Assembly: GCA_963817955.1 (NCBI GenBank)
Contig: CAWFQK010000002.1
Span: forward strand, 160,001-224,000
Reading direction: 5' to 3'
DNA: 64,000 nt
From: an uncultured Gemmatimonadaceae bacterium
GTDB lineage: Bacteria > Gemmatimonadota > Gemmatimonadetes > Gemmatimonadales > Gemmatimonadaceae
Position numbers and translations under genes: made by a program. Shown here piece after piece: positions 19,545 through 29,675 of this stretch. Positions within the stretch are counted from its first letter, which is position 1; the number at the start of each line of letters is the position of its first letter. The notes beneath the pieces are model-generated. The model was not told where the DNA came from, did no database searches, and was given only the letters and a program-made list of their open reading frames with translations.

Positions 19545-20876
19545 GTGCTTCTCCGCCTGATCGCCATCGTCGTCTTGCTCGTGCTGAACGGCTTCTTCGT
19601 CGCCGCCGAGTTCGCCTTGGTCCGTTCGCGGCGTACTCGCCTGGAGGCGATGGCGCGCACGGGCGATTGGAATGCACGCGTCGCGCTCAAGGCCTCCGGA
19701 AATCTCGCTCGGATCCTGTCTGCGAGCCAGTTGGGAATCACGTTGGCGAGCCTGGCCGTTGGTGCCCTTGCCGAAACCGTGTTAGGCCACTGGATGAGCG
19801 AGCGCGTCGGCAACCTGCCGTTCACCATAGATCCCGGCGTGCAAGCCGGCATTGGCGCGGCAATCGCGCTGACGCTCGTCACGTATCTCCACGTGGTGTT
19901 TGGCGAGCTCGCGCCACGGAGCGCAGCACTCGGGCACCCAGAGCGGTTCGCGCGATGGCTGACTCCCCCGCTCGTCGGGTTCGCTTGGTTGGTGACGCCG
20001 TTCACCGCACTCCTCAATTCGTCGGCGAGCCTCGTGCTGCGCCTGATGGCGCAGAAGCCTGCGCCGGAATCGGAGAACGTCCATTCGGCGGAAGAGCTAC
20101 GGATCATCGTCGAGCAGAGTCAGGAACTGGGTGCACTCGAGCCGGCCGACGCCAACATGCTCGAAGGCGTCTTTGAATTCTCCGAAAAGAATGCGCGGGA
20201 AGTCATGACGCCGCGTACCGAGATCGACGCGCTGCCGATCGACGCGACGCTCCAGGAGACGCTGGCCATGGTCGAGGAGAGCGGGCGATCGCGGTACCCC
20301 GTCTACGAAGACAGCATCGACAACATCATCGGCGTGGTGCTGGCGAAGGATCTCATCGCCGTGCTCCACACGCCGCCACCGGAGTTTTCGCTTCGCGCGA
20401 TCATGCGCCCGGTGCATGTCGTGCCCGGGTCCCGCGAGGTCGAGGAAGTGCTCGCAGACTTCAAACGATTGAAAGAACATATGGCCGTTGTGCTGGACGA
20501 GTACGGCGGCACCGCCGGTCTCGTGACCATGGAAGACTTGCTGGAGGAGATCGTCGGTGAGATTCTCGACGAGTACGACGAGCCGCCCGAGCACCCAGAG
20601 CGCGAGAGCGCCGACCTCCTCATCGTCCCCGGGGGAACGAATGTCAGTGAGCTGAACGAACGGTATGGCCTGAACGTACCCGAGGACGATTACACGACGA
20701 TCGGCGGCTTCATCTTCGGCGCGCTTGGGCGACTGCCCGTGGTCGGCGACCGAATGACGACCGGCGGCGCCGCGTTCACGGTGCGCGAGATGGACGGCCG
20801 CCGGATAGAAAGCCTCGCTGTTGATCTCCACGCCGCCGGAGACAGACGCGCGCAGGAGCGCGCATCGTCGCCCTGA
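19545..20876 (+). CDS. CNNM/hemolysin-family transporter (DUF21-CBS-CorC)
   Basis: LNGFFVAAEFALV, QLGIT, VFGELAP, VMTPR, SRYPVY, DEYGGTAGLVTMEDLLEEIVGEI; alternative GTG start at 19539. Confidence 0.95.
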   Translation: MLLRLIAIVVLLVLNGFFVAAEFALVRSRRTRLEAMARTGDWNARVALKASGNLARILSASQLGITLASLAVGALAETVLGHWMSERVGNLPFTIDPGVQAGIGAAIALTLVTYLHVVFGELAPRSAALGHPERFARWLTPPLVGFAWLVTPFTALLNSSASLVLRLMAQKPAPESENVHSAEELRIIVEQSQELGALEPADANMLEGVFEFSEKNAREVMTPRTEIDALPIDATLQETLAMVEESGRSRYPVYEDSIDNIIGVVLAKDLIAVLHTPPPEFSLRAIMRPVHVVPGSREVEEVLADFKRLKEHMAVVLDEYGGTAGLVTMEDLLEEIVGEILDEYDEPPEHPERESADLLIVPGGTNVSELNERYGLNVPEDDYTTIGGFIFGALGRLPVVGDRMTTGGAAFTVREMDGRRIESLAVDLHAAGDRRAQERASSP

Positions 20877-20879
20877 GCG

Positions 20880-22376
20880 TTACCGCTTTGGGCCGCGCGG
20901 CAGCAGTTCGGCCAGATCGGCAAGCTGCCACGCATTGACCGCCATGACGGTCGCTGCCTGCGCAACGTCCGCCGCCACGACGCGATTGTAGTCGTCCACC
21001 TGCGAATGGTGCGTGTGATTGTAGCCTTCGGTCGCCTGATCGTAGTTGAATCCCGGCACGCCATAGGGAAGGAACGACAGGTGATCCGTGCCGGTCTTGT
21101 TTGCCGCGCGCACGGCAAACGGCCCCAACTCCGCGAGCGGCGACAGCATCGACGTCCACATGTCGCGCAGCTCATCGCGGCCCTGGAGCGCCATTCCCGT
21201 GATACGGCCTGTGCCGTTGTCGAGCACGAGCACCGCTTGATACTTGCCGAGCGCTCGCTCATGCGACGCGGCATAGGCCTGCGACCCGAACAATCCTTCC
21301 TCTTCCCCCCCGAACAGCACGAATCGAATCGTTCGCTTGGGCCGTACGCCAGCCGCCTTGAGAATGCGCGCGGCCTCGAGCACGGCGATCGATCCGCTCC
21401 CGTTGTCCGTGCCGCCCGTCGCCAGATCCCAGGAGTCCAGATGCGCGCCGAGCAACACGACTTCATCTGGATGTTCGCTTCCACGGATCTCTCCCACGGT
21501 GTTGTACTGCTGCACGGCGTCGCGAGAGAAGCTGTTCCGGATATCGGCATCGATATGCACGCGCTCACCGCGGCGGACGAGGCGCTCGAACTGCGCGTAG
21601 TCGTCGTTGGCAATCACGATTTGTGGATAGGGCGATATCGCGCTCGGCGATCCGCTCATCGTATACAATGCGAAGTCCTTGGCGCCATCGCGAATGAGAC
21701 CGGCAATCCCTTCGGAGGCAAGCCGGCCGGCACGCGTCGGCATGAAGCGACGTTCCTCATCAGTCTGCGGCAGGTTCGCGCGGCGCACTGAATCGATGCG
21801 CACGGAGTCGGCCGGAGTCATGGGCACGTCGGGGTTGGGCAGCGCCGCAGCCGGGCCGAGCATCACCCAGGCACCGCGCAGTTTGCCGGCGAAGCGACGT
21901 TCGTAGTCTTGCGGCGTTCGCGCGTCTACCAGCACGACGTCTCCAGCGAGCGGGCCGTTCGTTCCCGGCGACCAGGCCCAGGAGACACCGAGCAGCTCAC
22001 GATGATGCGGCGCAGTCATGCGCACCGTCATCGGCCCGCGAGTCCACGCGACGCCGAACTTCCACGGCTCGAGGACGGCGCTATCCATTCCATACTCACG
22101 GAACTTCTCCTGCGTCCACTCGTTCGCGTGCTGCATCTCCGGACTGCCCGACAACCGCGGACCGATCACGTCGAGCAGATACGAGAGGTCCGCCTGCGCG
22201 TGCGACCGCTTGGTGCCTTCCTGGATGATGCGCGCCACCGTCTCATCATTGGTCGGAACGCCTACTTGGCGCTGCGCAACGACCGCCGCAACGGGAGCGG
22301 GTCGCTCTGGCTGTTGCCCCTGCGCACACGCCGCCGTGAACAGTGTGGCGGCGAATAGGATCGAGCGACGGATCAT
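20880..22376 (-). CDS. M28-family (carboxypeptidase Q-like) secreted metallopeptidase
   Basis: IGPRLSGS, GAHLDSWD, GTDNGSG, GEEEGLFGS, GTDH, HHSQVD; signal peptide. Confidence 0.92.
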   Translation of the reverse strand: MIRRSILFAATLFTAACAQGQQPERPAPVAAVVAQRQVGVPTNDETVARIIQEGTKRSHAQADLSYLLDVIGPRLSGSPEMQHANEWTQEKFREYGMDSAVLEPWKFGVAWTRGPMTVRMTAPHHRELLGVSWAWSPGTNGPLAGDVVLVDARTPQDYERRFAGKLRGAWVMLGPAAALPNPDVPMTPADSVRIDSVRRANLPQTDEERRFMPTRAGRLASEGIAGLIRDGAKDFALYTMSGSPSAISPYPQIVIANDDYAQFERLVRRGERVHIDADIRNSFSRDAVQQYNTVGEIRGSEHPDEVVLLGAHLDSWDLATGGTDNGSGSIAVLEAARILKAAGVRPKRTIRFVLFGGEEEGLFGSQAYAASHERALGKYQAVLVLDNGTGRITGMALQGRDELRDMWTSMLSPLAELGPFAVRAANKTGTDHLSFLPYGVPGFNYDQATEGYNHTHHSQVDDYNRVVAADVAQAATVMAVNAWQLADLAELLPRGPKR

Positions 22377-23317
22377 GTTGCCTCCCTGAAGCGCGACGCG
22401 GACCGCCGCACGATGTCCGCGCATAGCGTAATGGCTTCGATCATGCTCGACTCGTCGGCAATTCCCCGCCCCGCAATGTCGAGGGCAGTACCATGATCGG
22501 GGGATGTTCGCGGAAACGGCAGTCCGAGCGTGACGTTCACGGCGCTGCCGAATGACGCGACCTTGATCGCCGTCATGCCGACGTCGTGGTATGGTGCAAT
22601 GACCGCGTCGAACGCACCACGCATGGCACGCACGAACACCGTGTCGGCCGGAAATGGCCCGGCGATTCCTGCTTCTTCGGCGGCCGGACGCAGCAGTTCA
22701 TCGTCCTCGCGGCCGAATCGACCGCCATCCCCAGCGTGCGGGTTGAGCGCGCACAACGCGATCCGTGGCTCGGCAATGCCGAACCAGTTCTGCAATCCGA
22801 TTCGCGTAACCGTGGCCACATCGATGATGGCGTCGCGCGTGACGGCCGCTGGAACATCGCGCAGCGCAAGGTGCGTCGTTGCGAGCACCACGCGGAGCGG
22901 ATTGACAGCGCCGACTGCCGGTTTCGTGGCTGCGAGCATCATTGCCACCCGCCGGCCGGTGAGCATCGCCAGCATCTCCGTATGGCCGGGATAGCGGTAC
23001 CCGCCGGCAAGCAATGCGGCCTTGTCGATTGGCGCGGTGACGATGCCGTCCACTTCGTGCTGCAGCGCCAGTGCCACGGCACGTTCGATGGCGCGCCCCG
23101 CCAGCCGGCCGGCGGCCGTGGCTCCCGCACCGGCTGTCCACGTTCCCGTCTGCTCCCCCACATCGATACCGGCGCCGGCAGGACCAACGAAAACGAGATC
23201 GGCGGCCTCGCGCACCTGGCGCGAGGCCGCCGCTTTCTCGATGATCTCCGGACCAATTCCCCGCGCGTCGCCCAGGGTGATGGCGAGCGTCGGGCGGCGT
23301 CCTGAGGCAACCTCCAC
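22373..23317 (-). CDS. pdxA: 4-hydroxythreonine-4-phosphate dehydrogenase
   Basis: GIGPEI, VTAPIDK, GHTEML, LNPHAG, GPFPADT, YHDVG, RTSPDHGTALDIAG. Confidence 0.96.
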   Translation of the reverse strand: MEVASGRRPTLAITLGDARGIGPEIIEKAAASRQVREAADLVFVGPAGAGIDVGEQTGTWTAGAGATAAGRLAGRAIERAVALALQHEVDGIVTAPIDKAALLAGGYRYPGHTEMLAMLTGRRVAMMLAATKPAVGAVNPLRVVLATTHLALRDVPAAVTRDAIIDVATVTRIGLQNWFGIAEPRIALCALNPHAGDGGRFGREDDELLRPAAEEAGIAGPFPADTVFVRAMRGAFDAVIAPYHDVGMTAIKVASFGSAVNVTLGLPFPRTSPDHGTALDIAGRGIADESSMIEAITLCADIVRRSASRFREAT

Positions 23318-23334
23318 GATACGACTGGGACCGG

Positions 23335-24723
23335 TCAGGGCTTCGATTTGGCCGCGACGGCCATCTCGTCGAGCCGTACTGACACGTACGTCTGCTTCTT
23401 TAACGTGTCGATGTAGCGCCGCACGCCGCCACGTTGCGCGAGATCGCTGCGCACGATGTCCTTCATCTCGGCGAGCGTACGATCGCCGCCCTCATCGACC
23501 GTCAGCAAAGAGGCGACGACGAACTTGGGAATGTCCGGCCGCTGCGACGCACCCGGAATCTGGAACACGACCACGTCACCTGGCTTGCGAAGCAGAAAGG
23601 CCTTCTGGTACGTGGCGGGCAAGCTGTCGCGCCAAAACGGCGTGAGTATGCTCGTCTCTTCCTTACCCGCGTAGTCGTGATACTTCCGCGCAAGCGTGTC
23701 GAAGGGCACGCCTGATTTCCACAACCTCGCCACGCTGTCGGCGAGCGTCGCGGTGCGCGCAATGTCGGCGGAATCAATTTTGGCGGCGATCAAGATCTGG
23801 TGCGCCTTCACTTCGCCCGGCTGGACTCGATCCACCCTGATGATGTGATAGCCGTAGGGCGTTTCGACGACGGGGCTCAACTGCCCTGGAGAGAGCGGCT
23901 GCAGGAAACCGCTGCCGAACAGCCAGCGATCGAACTCCGGCAGGTTGTCGTTGCGGCGTGCCCAACCGAGATCCCCGCCGGTCTCCTTCGTCTGCAGATC
24001 CATCGACTCGCGCTTCGCCAGCTTTTCGAAGTCGGAGCCACTGCGAAGCTGCGCGAGCAGGGACTCGGCCCGGACGCGTGCCACTTCCTTCGCTGCTGCG
24101 GTTGGCTGTGGTGCGATCACGATTTGCTTGAACGTCACCGATGCCGGCTTCTTTGGCAGAAACTCGCGGTTCTTCTCAAATTCGGCGGTCACCTCAGCGT
24201 CGGTGACGTTCACAGGGACGATCTTGCCGTCCTCGTTGAGCTTGCGGATCACCCGTTCGCGCGTGCGCTGCCGGCGAAATTGGTCTATCAGGAACCGACG
24301 ATACTCCTCCGGCGAACCAAGCGACGCCTTGGACAGCGCGGCGCGGAACTCGGCTTCCGTCGGGAATTGCGCCCGCGTGGCCCTCATCTGCCGATCGACG
24401 TCCGGCGTCACGTCGGCGTCCGGAACCTCGATCTTGAGATCCTTCGCCTTCTGGATGATCAGTTCGTCCTGAATCATGTCGTCGAGCGTGGTCCGCTCGA
24501 GCGCGGCGGCTGCGGCGCTGTCTTCCGGCGCCGGCGCCTCGCGGCGCTGAATCTTGGCGAGCACCGCCTCACGCAATTCGAAGCGCGTGATCGGCGTTTC
24601 GCCGACGACGGCGACGATCGCGTCGAGCGCGACCGGCGACGTGGACGCGGCGGCCACAGGCAGCTGCGCGCGCAATGCGCCCGCGGCGAGCAGCAGGAAT
24701 GACAATGAGAGAATTCGTTTCAT
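23335..24723 (-). CDS. surA: SurA-like periplasmic chaperone / parvulin PPIase
   Basis: Signal peptide, LDAIVAVVG, FEKLAKRES...GGDLGW, VETPYGYHII; upstream of pdxA. Confidence 0.82.
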   Translation of the reverse strand: MKRILSLSFLLLAAGALRAQLPVAAASTSPVALDAIVAVVGETPITRFELREAVLAKIQRREAPAPEDSAAAAALERTTLDDMIQDELIIQKAKDLKIEVPDADVTPDVDRQMRATRAQFPTEAEFRAALSKASLGSPEEYRRFLIDQFRRQRTRERVIRKLNEDGKIVPVNVTDAEVTAEFEKNREFLPKKPASVTFKQIVIAPQPTAAAKEVARVRAESLLAQLRSGSDFEKLAKRESMDLQTKETGGDLGWARRNDNLPEFDRWLFGSGFLQPLSPGQLSPVVETPYGYHIIRVDRVQPGEVKAHQILIAAKIDSADIARTATLADSVARLWKSGVPFDTLARKYHDYAGKEETSILTPFWRDSLPATYQKAFLLRKPGDVVVFQIPGASQRPDIPKFVVASLLTVDEGGDRTLAEMKDIVRSDLAQRGGVRRYIDTLKKQTYVSVRLDEMAVAAKSKP

Positions 24724-24743
24724 ACGACGGAATACCCACGAAC

Positions 24744-24771
24744 GAGGGCCAGGGGTCCGACCCTGGCCCTC
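24744..24771. terminator. Intergenic hairpin between the two PPIase genes
   Basis: GAGGGCCAGGG-GTCCGA-CCCTGGCCCTC; weak U tail. Confidence 0.45.
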
Positions 24772-24787
24772 TCGAGTGAACGTGCCT

Positions 24788-26314
24788 TTACGGCTTCTTG
24801 GAACCCGGCTGCGGCTGCGGTTGTGGCTGTGGCTGTGGCGGCTGCGCGCCAGCGGGCGGCTGACCACCAGCCGGTGGCTGACCCATGCCCGGAAGCGGAA
24901 TTTGCGACTTCGGCTGATTGGCCGCCCGCGCCGAGTCTGCTGCCGCTCGTACGCTCGTCGCGCGCGCGAGTGCGCGGTCGATGCCCGCGGCATTGATCGA
25001 CGATTCGTACTTCGCGTCGAGCATCTTCTTGAGCGGCGTCGGCAACGACAGCGGTTGCGCCTGGCCAGCCATCATGCGGTCCAGATATGCGTCGACGCGC
25101 GAGGCAGCGAGTCGCTCTTTCTCGGCACCACTCTTCGCGCTGTCGGCGAGCATCTTTGGATCGACGCCAAGCGACTGCCAGAGGTTGGTCACGAGCTGAC
25201 CAATCTCCGTGTACATCTGCGCGCGGTCGGTGGGAGGCACGTCTACATGGGCGCTATCGGCCCGGCGCAGCAAGAGCTGCTGGATAGCGACCTGCTTCAC
25301 GAACGGCTTGAGCACCGAGTCGGGAGCCTGCGGAATGCGTTGCGCAATCTGTTGTTGCGGCGGGAACGTCTCGAGCCAGCCCAGAAAATCTGACACCGTC
25401 AGCTCTCCGCCCTTGTACGTCGCGAGCGTACCCTTGTCGGCCCGATGCTTGGCCTGGTCCTTCACCGCGTTCTTGACCGTCGCAGCGACGTTGTCCTTCA
25501 CCTGGAGATCGGAGCCGGTCGCGAGCTGCGCGAGATACACGCTGTCCGCCACCTTGCCAGAGATCTGCGAGTATTGCGCGGAGAAGTCTTTCGCCGCGTC
25601 GGCGTACGGCAGGCGCTGAATGATGTGGAAGCCGAAGTTCGTCTCAATCGGTTGCGAGATCTCGCCGGGCTTGAGCGCGGCGGTGGCGTTCGAGAATGCC
25701 GGGATCATCACTCCCTTCTGGAAGACGCCGAGGTTGCCATTGTTCTGCTTGGCGCTCGGGTCGGTGCTGTACTTCTTCGCCAGATCGGTGAAGTTCGCGG
25801 CGGTCACCTGCGCGCGAACCTGCTGGGCCTTCTTGCGGAGCGAGTCCTTTTCCGCTTGGGTGGCGGGCACGGCAGGGTTCTTGTACCCGATCAGGATGTG
25901 GCGCGCAGCCAGGAGGCCGCCGGCGGCCTGGTTGTATGCCGCCTCGCTGCCGGAGTCGACCTTGAACGTCTTGGTGACGGAATCCATGTAGCGCTGCAGT
26001 TTCTGCGCATTGATCATGGGTGCAACAGCGCGATCGATCGCCTTCTTGTCATTGAGCGAATCGCCGTGCGCGGCCGCATACGCAAGCTGCTGATAGCCGG
26101 TCCAGATGTCAGTGAGGATCGCGGCGTTGTCGCGTGTCACGGGAACCGGGATCTTCGCCCCGCCGAGCATGTCGCCAAGCCGGGTGACCGACAGCTCCTG
26201 CGAGCCGGCGCGTGCAACGACATCCACATGCGCCGTGAGAGCATCCTTCAGCCCGCCACAGGCACCCAAGAGCGTGCAGGCAGTCGCGAAGCCAACGAGA
26301 GAACGTGATCGCAT
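24788..26314 (-). CDS. Parvulin-type PPIase lipoprotein (PrsA/PpiD-like)
   Basis: LLGAC lipobox, ARHILI, FTDLAKKYSTD, GNLG, ETNFGFHIIQ; Pro/Gln-rich tail. Confidence 0.88.
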   Translation of the reverse strand: MRSRSLVGFATACTLLGACGGLKDALTAHVDVVARAGSQELSVTRLGDMLGGAKIPVPVTRDNAAILTDIWTGYQQLAYAAAHGDSLNDKKAIDRAVAPMINAQKLQRYMDSVTKTFKVDSGSEAAYNQAAGGLLAARHILIGYKNPAVPATQAEKDSLRKKAQQVRAQVTAANFTDLAKKYSTDPSAKQNNGNLGVFQKGVMIPAFSNATAALKPGEISQPIETNFGFHIIQRLPYADAAKDFSAQYSQISGKVADSVYLAQLATGSDLQVKDNVAATVKNAVKDQAKHRADKGTLATYKGGELTVSDFLGWLETFPPQQQIAQRIPQAPDSVLKPFVKQVAIQQLLLRRADSAHVDVPPTDRAQMYTEIGQLVTNLWQSLGVDPKMLADSAKSGAEKERLAASRVDAYLDRMMAGQAQPLSLPTPLKKMLDAKYESSINAAGIDRALARATSVRAAADSARAANQPKSQIPLPGMGQPPAGGQPPAGAQPPQPQPQPQPQPGSKKP

Positions 26315-26347
26315 GAACAAACCAGGGGCTAGGGTCTAGGGTGTGGG

Positions 26348-29300
26348 CTAGGCAACGAGACTACGAAGGGCGCGGACGAGCCCATCGAGTATTGGAGCAC
26401 CACCAAGGCGGGTCAACTTCAAGGACAGCGGAACCGCGCGGCGAACCTCCGCTTGGAACTGCACGTCGTGAAACGCCGCGGACAACCCTTTGATTCGGGG
26501 CACCGCAGAATCACGAAAAGTAATACGGGCCTCCTCGCCACGCACCAGGATTCCTTCTATCCCCATTGCGCCGCCGATGATCCGTAGTTGAGCGAGCGCA
26601 AGCATCGCGACTGCCGGCGCCGGCATCGGACCGAAACGATCACGCAACTCGGTACGTAGCGCCTCCAGCTCGCCAGGCTCGGTGAACCGCGCCACGCGCT
26701 TGTAAATGTCGATCTTCGCGTCCTGCGACACGACGTAATCATCCGGCAGGTAGTTCGGCGTATCGATGGTCACGTCCGACGGCACGAGCTTGGGTGCCAC
26801 GTCGCCCGACATCAGCCGGTTCACGGTCTCGTCGAGCATGCGCAGGTACAGGTCGAAGCCAACCGCCTGCACGAACCCCGACTGCTCGGCCCGAGCAGAT
26901 TGCCTGCGCCGCGCATCTCCATGTCCTTCAGCGCGACCGGTACCCTGCGCCCGAGCTCGGTGTGGTGCTCGAGCACCTGCAGCCGGCGCTCGGCGTCCGC
27001 ATCAACTGAGTCCGGCACCATCAGGTAGCAGTACGCGCGACGGTGCGAACGCCCGACGCGCCCGCGCAACTGGTAGAGCTGCGCGAGTCCGAGGTGATCG
27101 GCGCGATTCACGAACATCGTGTTTGCGTTCGGCACGTCGAGGCCGCTCTCGACGATCAGTCGTCGAGACGAGCACGTCCACCGTCCCGCTCACGAACGCG
27201 TGCATGCACTCCTCGAGATCGCTTGCTCGCGCATCTGGCCGTGCGCCACGCCGAACGCGCGCCCGCGGCACGATGCGCTGCACGTGATCGGCGATCGCCT
27301 CGATGGTCTCGATGCGATTGTGGACGAAGAACACCTGTCCGCCCGCGGTCGAGTTCGCGAGCGATGCCCTCGTCGATCAGTCCGTCGTCCCACGGTTCGA
27401 CAACGTCAGCACCGGCGAGCGGTCGCGCGGCGGCGTCTGCATGAGCGTCATGTCGCGCAGTCCGGCGAGCGACGAGATGGAGCGTGCGCGGGATTGGCGT
27501 CGCCGTGAGCGTGAGCACGTCGGTCTCCAGCTTGAGTTGCTTGAGCCGCTCCTTGTGCTTCACGCCGAACCGGTGTTCCTCGTCGACGATGATCGAGGCC
27601 CAGATCGCGCGAACGCGACGTCCTGCGACTGAGCAGTCGGTGGGTGCCGATGACGATGTCGACCTTGCTGTTCCTTCAGCGTCGGCGAGCATCTCGCGGT
27701 CTGCTCCTTCGCCGTCTGGAACCGGCTCATCACCTCTACGCGAATGGGAAAGTCGGCAAGACCGCTCGCTGAACGTGCGCAGCGTGCTGGTCGGCGAGAA
27801 TGGTCGTCGGCACGAGCACGGCCACCTGCCGCCCGATCTGCACCGCCTTGAACGCGGCGCGAACGGCGATCTCGGTCTTGCCGTACCCGACGTCGCCGAC
27901 GAGCAAGCGGTCCATGGGTCGCGTGCTCTCCATGTCCGTCTTCACGTCGTCGGTGGCCTTGCGCTGGTCGGGCGTGTCCTCGAACAGGAAGCTCGACTCG
28001 AGCTGGCGCTGCCACGCCGTGTCCGGCAACGTGCGGCGGACGGCTGGCGACCTTTCGCCGCGCGTAGAGGTCGAGCAGTTCGACCGTCATCTCCTGGATG
28101 GCGGCGCGCGCTGCGTCGCGCTGCGAGCCCATCGCCGGCCGCCGAGCTGGTGCAGTCGCGGCGGCGGCGCGTCCTCGGAAACGTCGCCCGCCGCGCGGAT
28201 ACCGCTCGACCTGGTCGATGCGGTACAGCGGCACGTTGAGGCGGTCGCCCGCCCTCGTACTCGATGACGACGACCTCGATCGTGCTCTGGCCGACGAAGA
28301 TCGTGCTCGATGCCGCGATAGATCCCGACGCCGTGCTCGAGATGGACGACGAAGTCGCCGAGCTTGAGCGCAGCGACCGTCTCGAGCGCCGCGCTGCCGG
28401 TGACGTACCGGCGAGCGCGGCGAATGCGCCGCTCGCGGCGAAAGATCTCGTGGTCGGTGAGAATGCGCAGCCCGCGAGAGTCCGCGCCGCTCGCCGGGAT
28501 CACGAAGCCTCCGTCGAGCACGCCGATCGCCAGCGCCGCCGGCGACGGGCTCGCTGATCCTCGTCGCTCAGTAACTCGTCGAGGCGCTCGCACTGCCCTG
28601 CGTTGTCGCAGAGGATCATCGTCGGCATGCCATCGCGCACCAAGCGCTTGAGCTGCCGAATGTCGCGGTCGATCGACTCCGGCGCGCGCAACGGAAACAC
28701 CACGTCCGGCGCCATGTTCTCGACCTGTCTCGACGGCGGCGAGGGTGCCGAGCCTGTGCAACAAGGACAGCGTCACGCTCGGGCGACTCGAACAACTCCT
28801 CGCGCCTGAACACGTCTTCGCCGCGTCGGCGCGCGAGGTCGATGTGATGCTGCGCGCCTCTCCCACGTGCGACGCAACTCCGGCTCGAAGTGCGATCCGC
28901 GCGGCGCAACGAGGATGGTGTCGGGCGGAAAGAGAGACGCGATCGAGCGCGCGTTCGAAATCGCCGGCCTCGTCGCGCACACTGCCCATCCACCGGCAGC
29001 ACGAGCGCGAAATCCACCGTGCGGCTGGATCGCTGCGTCGAGCAGGTCGAAGTGGCGCAGATCGACGATCTCGTCGCCCCAGAACTCGAGCGCGGACGGG
29101 CTCGGCCATGCCGAAACCGAATACACGTCGAAGATGCCGCCGCGCACGCTGAACTGTGCCACGTCCTCTACCATCGGCACACGCTCGAAGCCGATCGACT
29201 CGAGGTGCGCGGCGAGCGCGCTCAAGCGATACGTCGCACCCTTGCGTAGTTCAATGCGCAGATCGCGCAGCGCGCTCGGCATGCGGGTGCGTTCGAGCAG

Positions 29301-29675
29301 CGCCCGCGCCGTGGTGAGCAGAATGCGCACATCGCCGCGCGTCATCCGTTCGAGTGTCTCGACGCGTTCGCCCGCCACCTCCACGTGCGGCTCGGCTTCG
29401 CCGAATCCTTCGCGGGGCGGATAGAGTGCAATCGGCGCATCGTCGAGCAGGGCGCCGAGATCGGCCAGCCATCGCTCGGCGTCCGCCACGCCCTCAGTGG
29501 CAATGACAAAGAAGCGTGTCGGCAGGCGCCGTGCGAGTGCGGCGACCAGCGCAGCGTCCGCCGATCCTGGCAATCCCCCGGCGACGAGTCGCTGTCCAGG
29601 CGCGGGCAGCGTGCCGAGAACTCGATTGAATGCGGGCAGACGCTCGATCGCGTCGAGCAGCGAGTCGAGCGCCAT
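26348..29675 (-). CDS. mfd: Transcription-repair coupling factor Mfd (many apparent indels at ~26.9-29.1 kb)
   Basis: Colinear fragments in different frames: [93 protein letters not shown]. Confidence 0.93.
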